IMG/VR virus record: IMGVR_UViG_3300027983_002388
From: a virus
Taxonomy: Duplodnaviria; Caudoviricetes
Strand: one strand, 5' to 3'
DNA length: 64,000 nt
The translations under genes were made by a program, and so were the position numbers. The notes beneath the pieces were generated by a model, which saw only the letters and a program-made list of their open reading frames with translations, had not been told where the DNA came from and did not search any database. Each line of letters starts with the position of its first letter. The stretch's first letter is position 1. Below are positions 27,842-35,810 of the stretch, one piece after another.

Positions 27842-28576
27842 TTATTTATTGTTATTTATATTGCTGTCAAGCACAGTCTTTGGCATCAACTTACGAAGAA
27901 CGGCACTCTTTTTTCGATCAAGAGTTTGATATAGCTCTTTGTGCCGTTCCCAGAAGAAAATGTTTCTATTGTTAAGCATTCTCTTGATCTGTCCGGTAGG
28001 GTGAACCGTCTTTTGAATTTGACCCTTATAGGTCAACTTGCCATCCACGTCTTTCAAATGCGGAATGTCAGTAAAGTTCCAAGTGTTGTCGGTCTTCACA
28101 AGAAACTTACCAAAGTGGTTAATCAAGCACTCATGAAAACTGCCTTTGTCATTCATGAAAGACATGATATTCAAAATATCCTGCACGCACATCCATTGAT
28201 AAGACGGACCAACCAAAAAACCGTGACTACGATTAGAAGATACAACCAGATCATCTTTAGCTATCTTGAATATTTCGCTAATGTCATCCTGAAAGGAAAC
28301 ATCGGCATCCCAATAAGCAAATACAGCAGATTCTTTTTTGGCGAAGTTGGCAATTGCTCGCAATGTATCGGAACGTATATCTCCAAAAGAAATGCCAGTA
28401 AACAGCATCGCTCCGGTTTCAAGAATTTTACTTTTGGTGTTGGTCGAAAGACCAAACCCAACAATGACTATGCGTTCTGGATCGTGTTTGGCAATTTCTC
28501 GCAAGGAAACTAACCAAGATACACCCCACAAGTGCCAATACGCTTCGTCAAAACCAGTTACAACATAGTTTTTCAT
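27842..28576 (-). CDS. Hypothetical protein, glycosyltransferase-like
   Basis: VVTGFDEAY...YWDADV (DxD). Confidence 0.45.
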   Translation of the reverse strand: MKNYVVTGFDEAYWHLWGVSWLVSLREIAKHDPERIVIVGFGLSTNTKSKILETGAMLFTGISFGDIRSDTLRAIANFAKKESAVFAYWDADVSFQDDISEIFKIAKDDLVVSSNRSHGFLVGPSYQWMCVQDILNIMSFMNDKGSFHECLINHFGKFLVKTDNTWNFTDIPHLKDVDGKLTYKGQIQKTVHPTGQIKRMLNNRNIFFWERHKELYQTLDRKKSAVLRKLMPKTVLDSNINNNK

Positions 28577-28577
28577 A

Positions 28578-29636
28578 TCACTCCACTTTTTGACAAATTT
28601 TGCGACCGATACGCAGAAGCTCATCTCGATCAAGATTTTTGGGGCCAATCTCATCAACATACTTACCAAGCATTTCATCGCCCCTGTATAAGATAGCTTT
28701 GGCATCTTGGATTACATGCTGATCCATAATCTTTTTTTGCTGCTTGATCTCCAAGCTGCCCATATTATTGGATTCCAGCATCTCTTTTCGCAGGGCAACC
28801 AAATCGGTTGCTCCAATATCGTCAACTTTAATACGAATGAAATTTTTGTTCAAATCGTATTTGTCTTTATCCTTGATGCTGATGACCAAGTGAACGGGAC
28901 TGAAATCATTTGGGATATATGTCTTCTTGCCAGTTTTACCATTGAAAGCAATGATGTGCTTCTTCTGGAATGCTTCACCGAAAGAAAGCTCCAAAGGAGA
29001 ACCAACATATTCGACCTTCTCATTAACCCGTTGTTCGGCATGGTAGTGACCAAGGAACGTGTGTTTATAATGATCGAATAAACTAACGCCCACACTCACC
29101 ATATCGCCGTCATGTTCGATGGAAATATCAGACTGATGGGTGCCATGCAGGATAGCTCCGTCAATAGCAATATGTCCTAACGCATATTCTGGGCTTCCTG
29201 GTTTTTCCTTGAGTTCTTCCAACGTGGTAATCGGATTGTGTGTGAACGGAATAAAGTCCCAATTCGATCCAGCGATATTGATACGCTCAGGACGAGCGAT
29301 AATCTGAACGCCGGGCAGTGCCGATAAAGGAATGACGCTGCTGACCGAGGTTTTATCGTTGTACCAAAGATCGTGATTTCCCAGCAGCAAATATAGTTTG
29401 AATTTGCCGCCCCTCAGTCGCTTCTCCAAAGTCTCGAAAGCTCTTTGGTAGGTGTAGACCTCGATTTTTTGACGGTCGTGATATAGATCGCCACCAAATA
29501 GAATATTGGTTATTCCTCGTTGTTCAGCAACGTCAAATACCCAATCAAGTGCCTTTAGGCAATCTTCCAATCGACCATTGGATCGCTTGTGCGGGTGAAC
29601 GTGAATATCGCTAAAGATCAAAACTTCATCATTCAT
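28578..29636 (-). CDS. sbcD: SbcD/Mre11 (gp47-like) nuclease
   Basis: FSDIH, GGDLYH, GNHD, GHYH. Confidence 0.9.
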   Translation of the reverse strand: MNDEVLIFSDIHVHPHKRSNGRLEDCLKALDWVFDVAEQRGITNILFGGDLYHDRQKIEVYTYQRAFETLEKRLRGGKFKLYLLLGNHDLWYNDKTSVSSVIPLSALPGVQIIARPERINIAGSNWDFIPFTHNPITTLEELKEKPGSPEYALGHIAIDGAILHGTHQSDISIEHDGDMVSVGVSLFDHYKHTFLGHYHAEQRVNEKVEYVGSPLELSFGEAFQKKHIIAFNGKTGKKTYIPNDFSPVHLVISIKDKDKYDLNKNFIRIKVDDIGATDLVALRKEMLESNNMGSLEIKQQKKIMDQHVIQDAKAILYRGDEMLGKYVDEIGPKNLDRDELLRIGRKICQKVE

Positions 29637-29920
29637 ACCGATTCTCCGAGCAGTTCGAGAAGGACATCGCCATGACAGAGTTTGGGACGACACCAGCAAC
29701 CCAGACGTTTTCCACGAAGGTCTTCAAGCGATGCCATTAAATCAGGTTGGGTCTTTATCCATTCCCGATATTTGTCAATGGCTTCATAACGGGTCGCAAC
29801 TTTTGTCTCGGCCAAGCAACTTGGTTTATGACTGAAAGGGTTGCCCCAGATTGAAGGTCGTCCGATATAAACGTCGTACTCATCACGACCGCAGTGTACG
29901 ATACTGGTTTTCATGTTCAT
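29633..29920 (-). CDS. DUF4326-family protein
   Basis: DVYIGRPS.WGNPF...LRGKRLGCWC.P..CHGDVL. Confidence 0.8.
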   Translation of the reverse strand: MNMKTSIVHCGRDEYDVYIGRPSIWGNPFSHKPSCLAETKVATRYEAIDKYREWIKTQPDLMASLEDLRGKRLGCWCRPKLCHGDVLLELLGESV

Positions 29921-30005
29921 GGGCGTATTGTGCCTAAACCAGTGCGTTCAATCAAGACAAGATAAAAAAATAGACGACTCGTAAATAGTCGTCTATAAAG
30001 CAGAT

Positions 30006-30323
30006 TTATTGATTTTGCATATCGGGCTTATCGGGCTTTTCCTGTCCGTCTCCACTGAGAACTCTTTCCAAAACGTCCCAGACGTTGTATGCTTTGAGCT
30101 TCTGAGGAGCGGTGCCACCAGCCGGTGCGCCAGGCATCCCTCCCATCGGTGGAGCGCCCATGCCCATTCCACCACCCATCGGTGGCATTCCACCCATTGG
30201 GGGAGCGCCGCCAGCAGGCAGTAATGCCCCAGGACCACTGATTCCACCAGCCCCGCCCGGTGGAGGCGGTGGTGGTGCAGCTTCGTTCAGTTTGAATTCG
30301 AGAAATTTCTTGAAGGTATTCAT
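30006..30323 (-). CDS. Pro/Gly/Met-rich protein with CTS-like N-terminus (MNTFKKFLEFKLNE)
   Basis: SD TAAGGTG before ATG; low-complexity body. Confidence 0.6.
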   Translation of the reverse strand: MNTFKKFLEFKLNEAAPPPPPPGGAGGISGPGALLPAGGAPPMGGMPPMGGGMGMGAPPMGGMPGAPAGGTAPQKLKAYNVWDVLERVLSGDGQEKPDKPDMQNQ

Positions 30324-30463
30324 CACCTTATGTAGTGACGAAAATCGGAAATTTCCCAAAAGGATCGAACCTGAATCGTTTTTGACTCTCTAAGGTATCT
30401 GAAGCCAAGTCGCTGGAAGTCTCGGAACCGACAAGTGCGTTTTCAACTTTGTCGAGAAGTAAC

Positions 30464-30492
30464 TTTACAAGTGACAAAAGCCGTGGTATGAT
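30464..30492 (+). promoter_or_regulatory. Promoter TTTACA-N12-CGTGG-TATGAT
   Basis: Matches window consensus; no credible ORF downstream. Confidence 0.7.
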
Positions 30493-30498
30493 ACCAAC

Positions 30499-30780
30499 GT
30501 CCTGATCGGACAACGCTTCTTGTGAGTCTGGGCGTGTGGGGCTTGCCTCATTATCAGACGAGGGTGGGAGTCAACCTAATGACCGGGTTTTAATGTTTGC
30601 ACCAAAGCATAAGCAAGCGTCGGCTTCTATGGGTTGTCTGTGCCGTAATCAGACCACCCGGCTTCTATGGGTTGTCTGTGCCGTAATCAGACCACCCGGC
30701 TTCTATGGGTTGTCTGTGCCGTAATCAGACCACCCGGCTTCTATGGGTTGTCTGTGCCTCAATCAGACCACCCGCCTGCG
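30499..30780 (+). ncRNA. Candidate structured ncRNA of unknown class
   Basis: Follows a promoter; no credible ORF; GCTTGC/GCAAGC and ACGCTT/AAGCGT pairings; ends in hairpin repeats. Confidence 0.4.
30621..30772. repeat. Four tandem copies of a 38-bp hairpin unit CGGCTTCTATGGGTTGTCTGTGCCGTAATCAGACCACC
   Basis: Copies at 30621, 30659, 30697, 30735 (last has CTC for CGT); no spacers. Confidence 0.95.
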
Positions 30781-30806
30781 AGTTGAATAAAATTTCAGAT
30801 TCCGTC

Positions 30807-30835
30807 TTGAAATTTTGTTTCGAGACGACTACTAT
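30807..30835 (+). promoter_or_regulatory. Sigma70-type promoter TTGAAA-N17-TACTAT upstream of the tRNA array
   Basis: Consensus boxes with 17-bp spacer. Confidence 0.65.
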
Positions 30836-30883
30836 AACAGACACAAGCGAACAAAACGTCCGCACAATCAATTGGAGTTCATC

Positions 30884-30964
30884 GTGAACACTTTATCCCT
30901 CAGTCTATCGCTCTCTTATTCCTTGCTATCATTTAGCAACGGAGAAGGCTGCGTCCTGACTTAA
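30884..30964 (+). CDS. Putative attenuator leader peptide MNTLSLSLSLSYSLLSFSNGEGCVLT
   Basis: GGAG SD at 30874-30877, GTG start; 7 Leu + 7 Ser codons. Confidence 0.65.
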   Translation: MNTLSLSLSLSYSLLSFSNGEGCVLT

Positions 30965-31037
30965 AGGGACAATTGTGGGGAAGAATAAACCCCCGGCAGC
31001 TTTCTCCAGAAATGGAAAAGCTGCCGGGGGTTTTTTT
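30941..31037 (+). promoter_or_regulatory. Antiterminator/terminator switch (attenuator)
   Basis: GGAGAAGGCTGC (30941-30952) pairs with GCAGCTTTCTCC (30996-31007), excluding the terminator. Confidence 0.7.
30990..31037 (+). terminator. Intrinsic terminator directly before the first tRNA
   Basis: CCCCCGGCAGCTTT/AAAGCTGCCGGGGG stem, GAAA loop, T7 tract. Confidence 0.9.
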
Positions 31038-31042
31038 AGTTT

Positions 31043-31132
31043 GGGAGTAAGGCGACTGCTGGTTGTGTCGCACCTGCCTGTAAAGCAGGGCCTACAAGGT
31101 AAACATCGCAGGTTCAATTCCTGCTGCTCCCA
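31043..31132 (+). tRNA. tRNA-Tyr(GTA)
   Basis: GGGAGTA/TGCTCCC acceptor; CCTGC-CTGTAAA-GCAGG; GCAGG-TTCAATT-CCTGC; long variable arm. Confidence 0.85.
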
Positions 31133-31204
31133 CTGTGTACGTCAGATTTATTGTTGCGTCCTCACTCTTGTAGTGCGGAGGCAACTAATGAAAGAATAAC
31201 AAAC

Positions 31205-31276
31205 GGATCGGTAGCTGAGATGGAGTATCGCTGGCCTGAAAAGCCGGAGACGAGGATTCGAGCGACTCCCGATCCA
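31205..31276 (+). tRNA. tRNA-Phe(GAA), degenerate D and T stems
   Basis: GGATCGG/CCGATCC acceptor; CTGGC-CTGAAAA-GCCGG; imperfect T stem. Confidence 0.55.
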
Positions 31277-31288
31277 CTGAAAGGAACA

Positions 31289-31849
31289 ATGATGGAACCG
31301 ATTTATTTGCCATCTGCTGGCAACGATATGAGCAGAGTGGTTAACTCTATTTTCGATGAAACGAAGGGTCTTGAATGGCTGACCGAGAGGTCTGCCCGGA
31401 AAGAATACTTCATGTCCACGAAAGACAGAGAGTATAGCTACGGGAACAGACATCAAGGCGACGTAATGTACAGAAGCAAGCCATTCAGTTTTTTAGTGGG
31501 ACAGTTTATGGAGTACATAAACGAAACACAGAAATCTGAATTCAATGTTTGTTTTCTGAACCGCTACGAAAACGAACAACAGCACCTTGGATGGCACGCT
31601 GATGATTTTCCGGGAATGAGAGCCGATCAGTCAATCGCCGTGTTGTCGTTGGGAGCAGAACGGGAAATATGGTGGAAGGAAAAATCCTTCAAAGGAATTA
31701 TTCCACCAGAAAATAAACAACTGTTGGAACACGGCAGCATATGGATTATGCCTGTTGGATTTCAAGATGTTTATCTTCACAAAATTCCAAAACATGGAAA
31801 GCCTTGTGGAGAAAGGATCAGTTTGACATTCAGAAGTTTTGTTGATTGA
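31289..31849 (+). CDS. alkB: AlkB-family 2OG-Fe(II) dioxygenase
   Basis: LNRY...GWHAD...SLG...H.IPK...RISLTFR; true start after tRNA-Phe. Confidence 0.9.
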   Translation: MMEPIYLPSAGNDMSRVVNSIFDETKGLEWLTERSARKEYFMSTKDREYSYGNRHQGDVMYRSKPFSFLVGQFMEYINETQKSEFNVCFLNRYENEQQHLGWHADDFPGMRADQSIAVLSLGAEREIWWKEKSFKGIIPPENKQLLEHGSIWIMPVGFQDVYLHKIPKHGKPCGERISLTFRSFVD

Positions 31850-31946
31850 CGGTAGAAGTCTGTATGTTGTCCACCGGCTTGCCGAGTTCAACGGGACTCT
31901 GAGCTAATGACTCAGACGAAAGATTGATGCTCCGATCAACAAAAAT

Positions 31947-32021
31947 GGCACGGTGATGCAATTTGGCAGACATCTCACGCTTAGAACGTGGGTTCTGTGG
32001 GTTCGAGTCCCACCCGTGTCA
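31947..32021 (+). tRNA. tRNA-Leu(TAG), short variable loop
   Basis: GGCACGG/CCGTGTC; TCACG-CTTAGAA-CGTGG; GTGGG-TTCGAGT-CCCAC. Confidence 0.85.
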
Positions 32022-32037
32022 CTTTCCTGGAAAACAA

Positions 32038-32123
32038 GGGTTCTGTTCCTCATGCCTGACTGTAAATCAGGTGACAAAAAATTTTGAGGCGGCTGTCGAG
32101 GGGTTCAACTCCCTCAGAACCCA
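32038..32123 (+). tRNA. Non-canonical tRNA-Tyr(GTA)-like RNA lacking a D arm
   Basis: GGGTTCT/AGAACCC; CCTGA-CTGTAAA-TCAGG; only ~9 nt where the D arm should be; 25-nt variable region. Confidence 0.6.
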
Positions 32124-32162
32124 CTTCGGCTTTACAGCCGAATTTGATGGTGATAGAATCAT

Positions 32163-32239
32163 GCCCAGGTGATGCAACCTTCGGTAGACATCCGATACTC
32201 AAAATATCGGTTTTACGGGTTCGAGTCCCGTCCTGGGTA
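32163..32239 (+). tRNA. tRNA-Leu(CAA), short variable loop
   Basis: GCCCAGG/CCTGGGT; CCGATA-CTCAAAA-TATCGG; ACGGG-TTCGAGT-CCCGT. Confidence 0.85.
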
Positions 32240-32255
32240 CTTTGCGGAGAATGTG

Positions 32256-32786
32256 ATGGAAGAGAAATGCACGGAGTTGACTCTCGAACAATGTGAATTT
32301 GCTTGCAAGATGGTTTGCCAGTGGATGAATATTTGCGAGGACAATAAGCGTGGATCAAGTTCGGCTGATGTCGATCATTCTGCCCTTTTGCGAAGGATGT
32401 TGATGGGTGGGACGGTTCATAAAAATCCTCCACCAAAAAGATTCAGTTATCCTTGTTGGGGATTGGTTGAACAAGAAGAGATCGAAATCCAAGACATGCA
32501 CGAATATGACATAGACATTGAAGGCATGAAAGGAACTGTGGTTGTCGATCAACATCGTGAATACGAATGGGTGGATAAAGAAAATAAAATCATCAAACAC
32601 ACACGATTGGGCATTGAGTATCAATATTCCGAACGTGAAGTAACACCAGATGCCAGACGTTTACGAAAGGGTTTGAACCCCGAAGACCATAAATACACTG
32701 GTAAATTTTTGAAGAGATTGAATGATCCACCAACAGGAAAAGAAGAAGTGTGGAAAATGCAAGTGAGTGGCTTTTGTTCAGGATGA
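32256..32786 (+). CDS. Hypothetical protein
   Basis: ORF; start placed after the tRNA. Confidence 0.55.
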   Translation: MEEKCTELTLEQCEFACKMVCQWMNICEDNKRGSSSADVDHSALLRRMLMGGTVHKNPPPKRFSYPCWGLVEQEEIEIQDMHEYDIDIEGMKGTVVVDQHREYEWVDKENKIIKHTRLGIEYQYSEREVTPDARRLRKGLNPEDHKYTGKFLKRLNDPPTGKEEVWKMQVSGFCSG

Positions 32787-32940
32787 ACATCAGGCTGACC
32801 CCGGTAGCGTAACTCGCCAATGATCGGTAAGTAACATCATCAAGGAAGATGAAACCACTAAGGAATAAAATGATGAAAAATAATCACGAAAGTTTGGGTA
32901 GCGTCTTTTAAGTGCATTCCGCACTTAGGAGAATCGCTAC

Positions 32941-33393
32941 ATGGCAAAAAAAAGATGGTTCTCGGCATTCCTTCGGTATCCGAGAACAACACAAGAACTA
33001 AGAGCAAACCAAGACCGCAATGATCCCTATGTCCGTGGAAAGAGACGAAACCTTCCCACGGCATGGGACGATCGGTTTGTTCGCAAGCAAAAATCATGGA
33101 AATATCTCGGTCGAGATCATCAATACCGAGAACAAGGTCATGGTTACGAGTGGCATGAATTCCAATACTCGTGGCGTGATACTGAACGGAGAATGATCGC
33201 CAGAACCATCATGGACTGGCTGGAACGACTTGGATGCTTCTACGAAACGATTCGTGGCGGCTTCCGTTGGTTTGGACCAGCATGGTGGATCAAAGGTCAT
33301 TGTCGCTGTTGTTATACACAATTGATTTCTGACACCCAATCCGAAGAGTTCGGAGATTGGTGTCCAAACCCGGACTGTTGCTTCCTTAACTAA
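32941..33393 (+). CDS. Basic hypothetical protein (PRTTQE...LPTAWDD...SWK)
   Basis: ORF with SD; Arg/Trp-rich; C-terminal Cys cluster. Confidence 0.6.
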   Translation: MAKKRWFSAFLRYPRTTQELRANQDRNDPYVRGKRRNLPTAWDDRFVRKQKSWKYLGRDHQYREQGHGYEWHEFQYSWRDTERRMIARTIMDWLERLGCFYETIRGGFRWFGPAWWIKGHCRCCYTQLISDTQSEEFGDWCPNPDCCFLN

Positions 33394-33470
33394 GAGAAAA
33401 ACCATGAACAAATTCACTCAAATCCTTGGACTCATCAAACCTATTACCCAAACCCATTATGGAGGGAACG

Positions 33471-33770
33471 ATGAGAAGGTGGAACGAGGATTACAAGATC
33501 ACTCTGCGTGAGTGGAAAAAGCACCGTCGCTCTCATGTTGAGAGTAACAAAAGCTGGATAAATCGCATCGGAGTCAGCGCCTATGTCGTTGATTGTGAGC
33601 GTGATGAACAAAAAGGTCGATTCCGTAAGAAAGACGCTTTCGATTGTGGCAATACGCAGTGCAGAATTTGTCACAGCGACAAGTATCCCAAGCGGGAAAA
33701 ACACGAACACGAATTGAAGTCCGATGTGGACTTCAAAGAACAACTCAAAGAGTTGCGTGGTGAAGAGTAA
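33471..33770 (+). CDS. Basic hypothetical protein with CGNTQCRIC Zn motif
   Basis: SD GGAGG; ORF. Confidence 0.6.
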   Translation: MRRWNEDYKITLREWKKHRRSHVESNKSWINRIGVSAYVVDCERDEQKGRFRKKDAFDCGNTQCRICHSDKYPKREKHEHELKSDVDFKEQLKELRGEE

Positions 33771-33804
33771 AAGAAGACGAAGGTTTGAAAAAGCCTTCGT
33801 TTGA

Positions 33805-33881
33805 GTCCAAGTAGGCAAACCTCCGGCAAAGCCGCCAGATCGAGAGTCTGGTGTTTGTGGGTTCGACTCCCACCTTGGACA
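33805..33881 (+). tRNA. tRNA-Leu(GAG), short variable loop, atypical anticodon loop (TC-GAG-AG)
   Basis: GTCCAAG/CTTGGAC; CCAGA/TCTGG; GTGGG-TTCGACT-CCCAC. Confidence 0.75.
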
Positions 33882-33958
33882 TTTTCTAAATCCTGTTCAA
33901 CAATCAACGAGAATTGGGAGTGTCAGACAATGCAGTTAGAAAACGGCAGTTAGAAAAC

Positions 33959-34032
33959 GGCTCAGTAGGCAATCGGCAGACCACCCAGGCTTAAACCCAG
34001 GGATGCTGTGAGTTCAAATCTCACCTGAGCCA
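33959..34032 (+). tRNA. tRNA-Leu(TAA), short variable loop
   Basis: GGCTCAG/CTGAGCC; loop CTTAAAC; GTGAG-TTCAAAT-CTCAC; one A-A mismatch in the anticodon stem. Confidence 0.8.
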
Positions 34033-34047
34033 CTTGATTTTTAATAC

Positions 34048-34129
34048 GGCTTTGTGGTGAAATTGGCAAACGCACAGCACTCAAAATGCTGCGTCGAAAG
34101 ACTTGTGGGTTCGAGTCCCACCAAAGCCA
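34048..34129 (+). tRNA. tRNA-Leu(CAA), canonical long variable arm
   Basis: GGCTTTG/CAAAGCC; CAGCA-CTCAAAA-TGCTG. Confidence 0.92.
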
Positions 34130-34247
34130 CTGTTTCGATTTCTGGATCTGGCTCTTACTCGTTGTGAGTAGAAACACCTTTTTTTGGTGGGGTTATAGAA
34201 GTCAAACCTCCAACGGTGATCTCGTAAAGATCACAGGAGAAAGTAAA

Positions 34248-35420
34248 GTGAAGAAAGTCCACATCAATGTCGGAACGATTGGTCACATTGACCACGGGAA
34301 GACGACTCTGACAGCAGCAATTCTCGCTGTTCAGTCCGAGAAGGGTTACGCAAAAAAGAAAGCATACGGCGACATCGCCAAGGGCGGCACCGTTCGTGAC
34401 GTTACCAAAACGGTAACGATCACCACGTCGCACGTTGAGTATGAGACGGATACCCGTCACTATGCTCACATTGACTGCCCCGGTCACGCCGACTATGTAA
34501 AAAATATGATTACCGGGGCTGCTCAAATGGACGGCGCTGTATTGCTCGTCAATGCAGCAGACGGTCCTATGCCTCAGACGAAAGAGCATATTCTGCTCGC
34601 TCGTCAGGTGGGCGTGCCGGATATTGTAGTATTCCTCAATAAGTGCGATCTTGTCAAAGACGAAGAATTGCTGGAACTGGTCGAGATGGAAACAAGAGAC
34701 TTGCTGACGAAGTATGGCTTCGACGGCGAGAAGACTCCGTTTATCCGTGGAGCAGCAAAACCTGCCTTGGATAATCCTGCTGATCCCGCAGCAAGCAAGT
34801 GTATTGTAGAATTGTTGGCGGCTCTGGATTCTTATATTCCTGACCCCAGCCGTTCTATCGACCGTCCCTTCTTGATGCCCGTCGAAGGTGTTCACAATAT
34901 CGAAGGTCGTGGCTGCGTAGTCACGGGCAAGATCGAGCAAGGAACCATCACGGTCGGAACCAAAGTTGAAATCCTTGGGTTGACTGATATTCTGGAGTCA
35001 GTTGTCACCAGCGTCGAGGCTTTCAATAAGCAACTGGAATATGGAGAAGCTGGACAGAATGTCGGTTTGCTGCTGAGAGGCATCAAGGCCGATCAAGTTC
35101 AGCGTGGACAGGTTGTGGCACAACCACGAAGCATCAAGCCTCACACCAAGTTCAAGAGCGAAATTTACGTCTTGGGCAAGGATGAGGGCGGGCGTCACAC
35201 CCCGATCTTCAATGGTTACAAGCCACAGTTCTTCTTCAGAACTACCAACGTCACCGGCCTTGTCCAAATGCCGGAAGGAATTGAGTTGGTCATGCCGGGC
35301 GAGAACACTTGCCTGTTTATCACCCTGGATAAGCCGATTGCTATCGAAAAAGGTAGTCACTTCGCCATTCGTGAGGGTGGTATGACAGTCGGTTCTGGCG
35401 TCGTGACGGAATTGCTGTAA
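34248..35420 (+). CDS. tuf: Elongation factor Tu (Planctomycetota-type switch I)
   Basis: [20 protein letters not shown]; GTG start with GGAGA SD. Confidence 0.97.
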   Translation: MKKVHINVGTIGHIDHGKTTLTAAILAVQSEKGYAKKKAYGDIAKGGTVRDVTKTVTITTSHVEYETDTRHYAHIDCPGHADYVKNMITGAAQMDGAVLLVNAADGPMPQTKEHILLARQVGVPDIVVFLNKCDLVKDEELLELVEMETRDLLTKYGFDGEKTPFIRGAAKPALDNPADPAASKCIVELLAALDSYIPDPSRSIDRPFLMPVEGVHNIEGRGCVVTGKIEQGTITVGTKVEILGLTDILESVVTSVEAFNKQLEYGEAGQNVGLLLRGIKADQVQRGQVVAQPRSIKPHTKFKSEIYVLGKDEGGRHTPIFNGYKPQFFFRTTNVTGLVQMPEGIELVMPGENTCLFITLDKPIAIEKGSHFAIREGGMTVGSGVVTELL

Positions 35421-35443
35421 AACGGCTGTAAAACGGCTGTAAA
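35414..35443. repeat. 11-bp tandem repeat GCTGTAAAACG (~2.7 copies)
   Basis: Direct reading; overlaps the tuf stop codon and the -35 box. Confidence 0.85.
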
Positions 35444-35485
35444 GCAAAGCGAAAGCGTGGTATAATCAAATACCACGCTTTCGCT
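35438..35485 (+). promoter_or_regulatory. Promoter TGTAAA-N12-CGTGG-TATAAT inside a perfect 16-bp inverted repeat
   Basis: AGCGAAAGCGTGGTAT (35448-35463) / ATACCACGCTTTCGCT (35470-35485). Confidence 0.75.
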
Positions 35486-35528
35486 GCAACGGTTAAGAAA
35501 TTTCCATTGGCACGCACCAGGCATAAAC

Positions 35529-35810
35529 ATGCGTCGAGAAACAACCATCATCGGCATGATAACAATCATTTTCATGATTGTCGTTTTCTTCATTTCAAGT
35601 GCCACTAATTCCAGCGATCAAGCCAAAATACAAAAATGGGCTAGTGACAACAAATATGTCATAGTCACATCTGAACGGTGTTTTTTCTACTCCGGCCCTT
35701 ATTGGACGACTAAAAACACTCGGATTTACAAAGTCGATTTGGAAAATAACAAAACCCATTGGTTCCGATTCGGACTTTGGGGAACCGACACCGACATCGA
35801 GGAATATTGA
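35529..35810 (+). CDS. Membrane-anchored hypothetical protein
   Basis: N-terminal TM helix. Confidence 0.6.
   Translation: MRRETTIIGMITIIFMIVVFFISSATNSSDQAKIQKWASDNKYVIVTSERCFFYSGPYWTTKNTRIYKVDLENNKTHWFRFGLWGTDTDIEEY

Noticed and set aside
30112-30393. Plus-strand Pro/Gly-rich ORF and many other antisense ORFs in the track
   Set aside because: Shadow frames of well-supported opposite-strand genes.
30330-30620. tmRNA on the minus strand (GCA AAC... ANIKTRSLG; GGTTCGATCC)
   Set aside because: No Ala acceptor stem or GGGG 5' end, the tag lacks an -AA end, and the promoter points to the plus strand.
30621-30772. CRISPR array (38-bp hairpin repeats)
   Set aside because: No spacers; simple tandem duplication.
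31151-31288. N-terminal extension of AlkB in the ORF track (likewise 34086-34247 for EF-Tu and 32169-32255)
   Set aside because: These extensions run across tRNA genes; better SD-linked starts lie downstream.
31850-31945. Hammerhead-like or tRNA-like element (CTGAG-CTAATGA-CTCAG, GAAA)
   Set aside because: Core and stem geometry incomplete; no acceptor or T arm. Only isolated hairpins.
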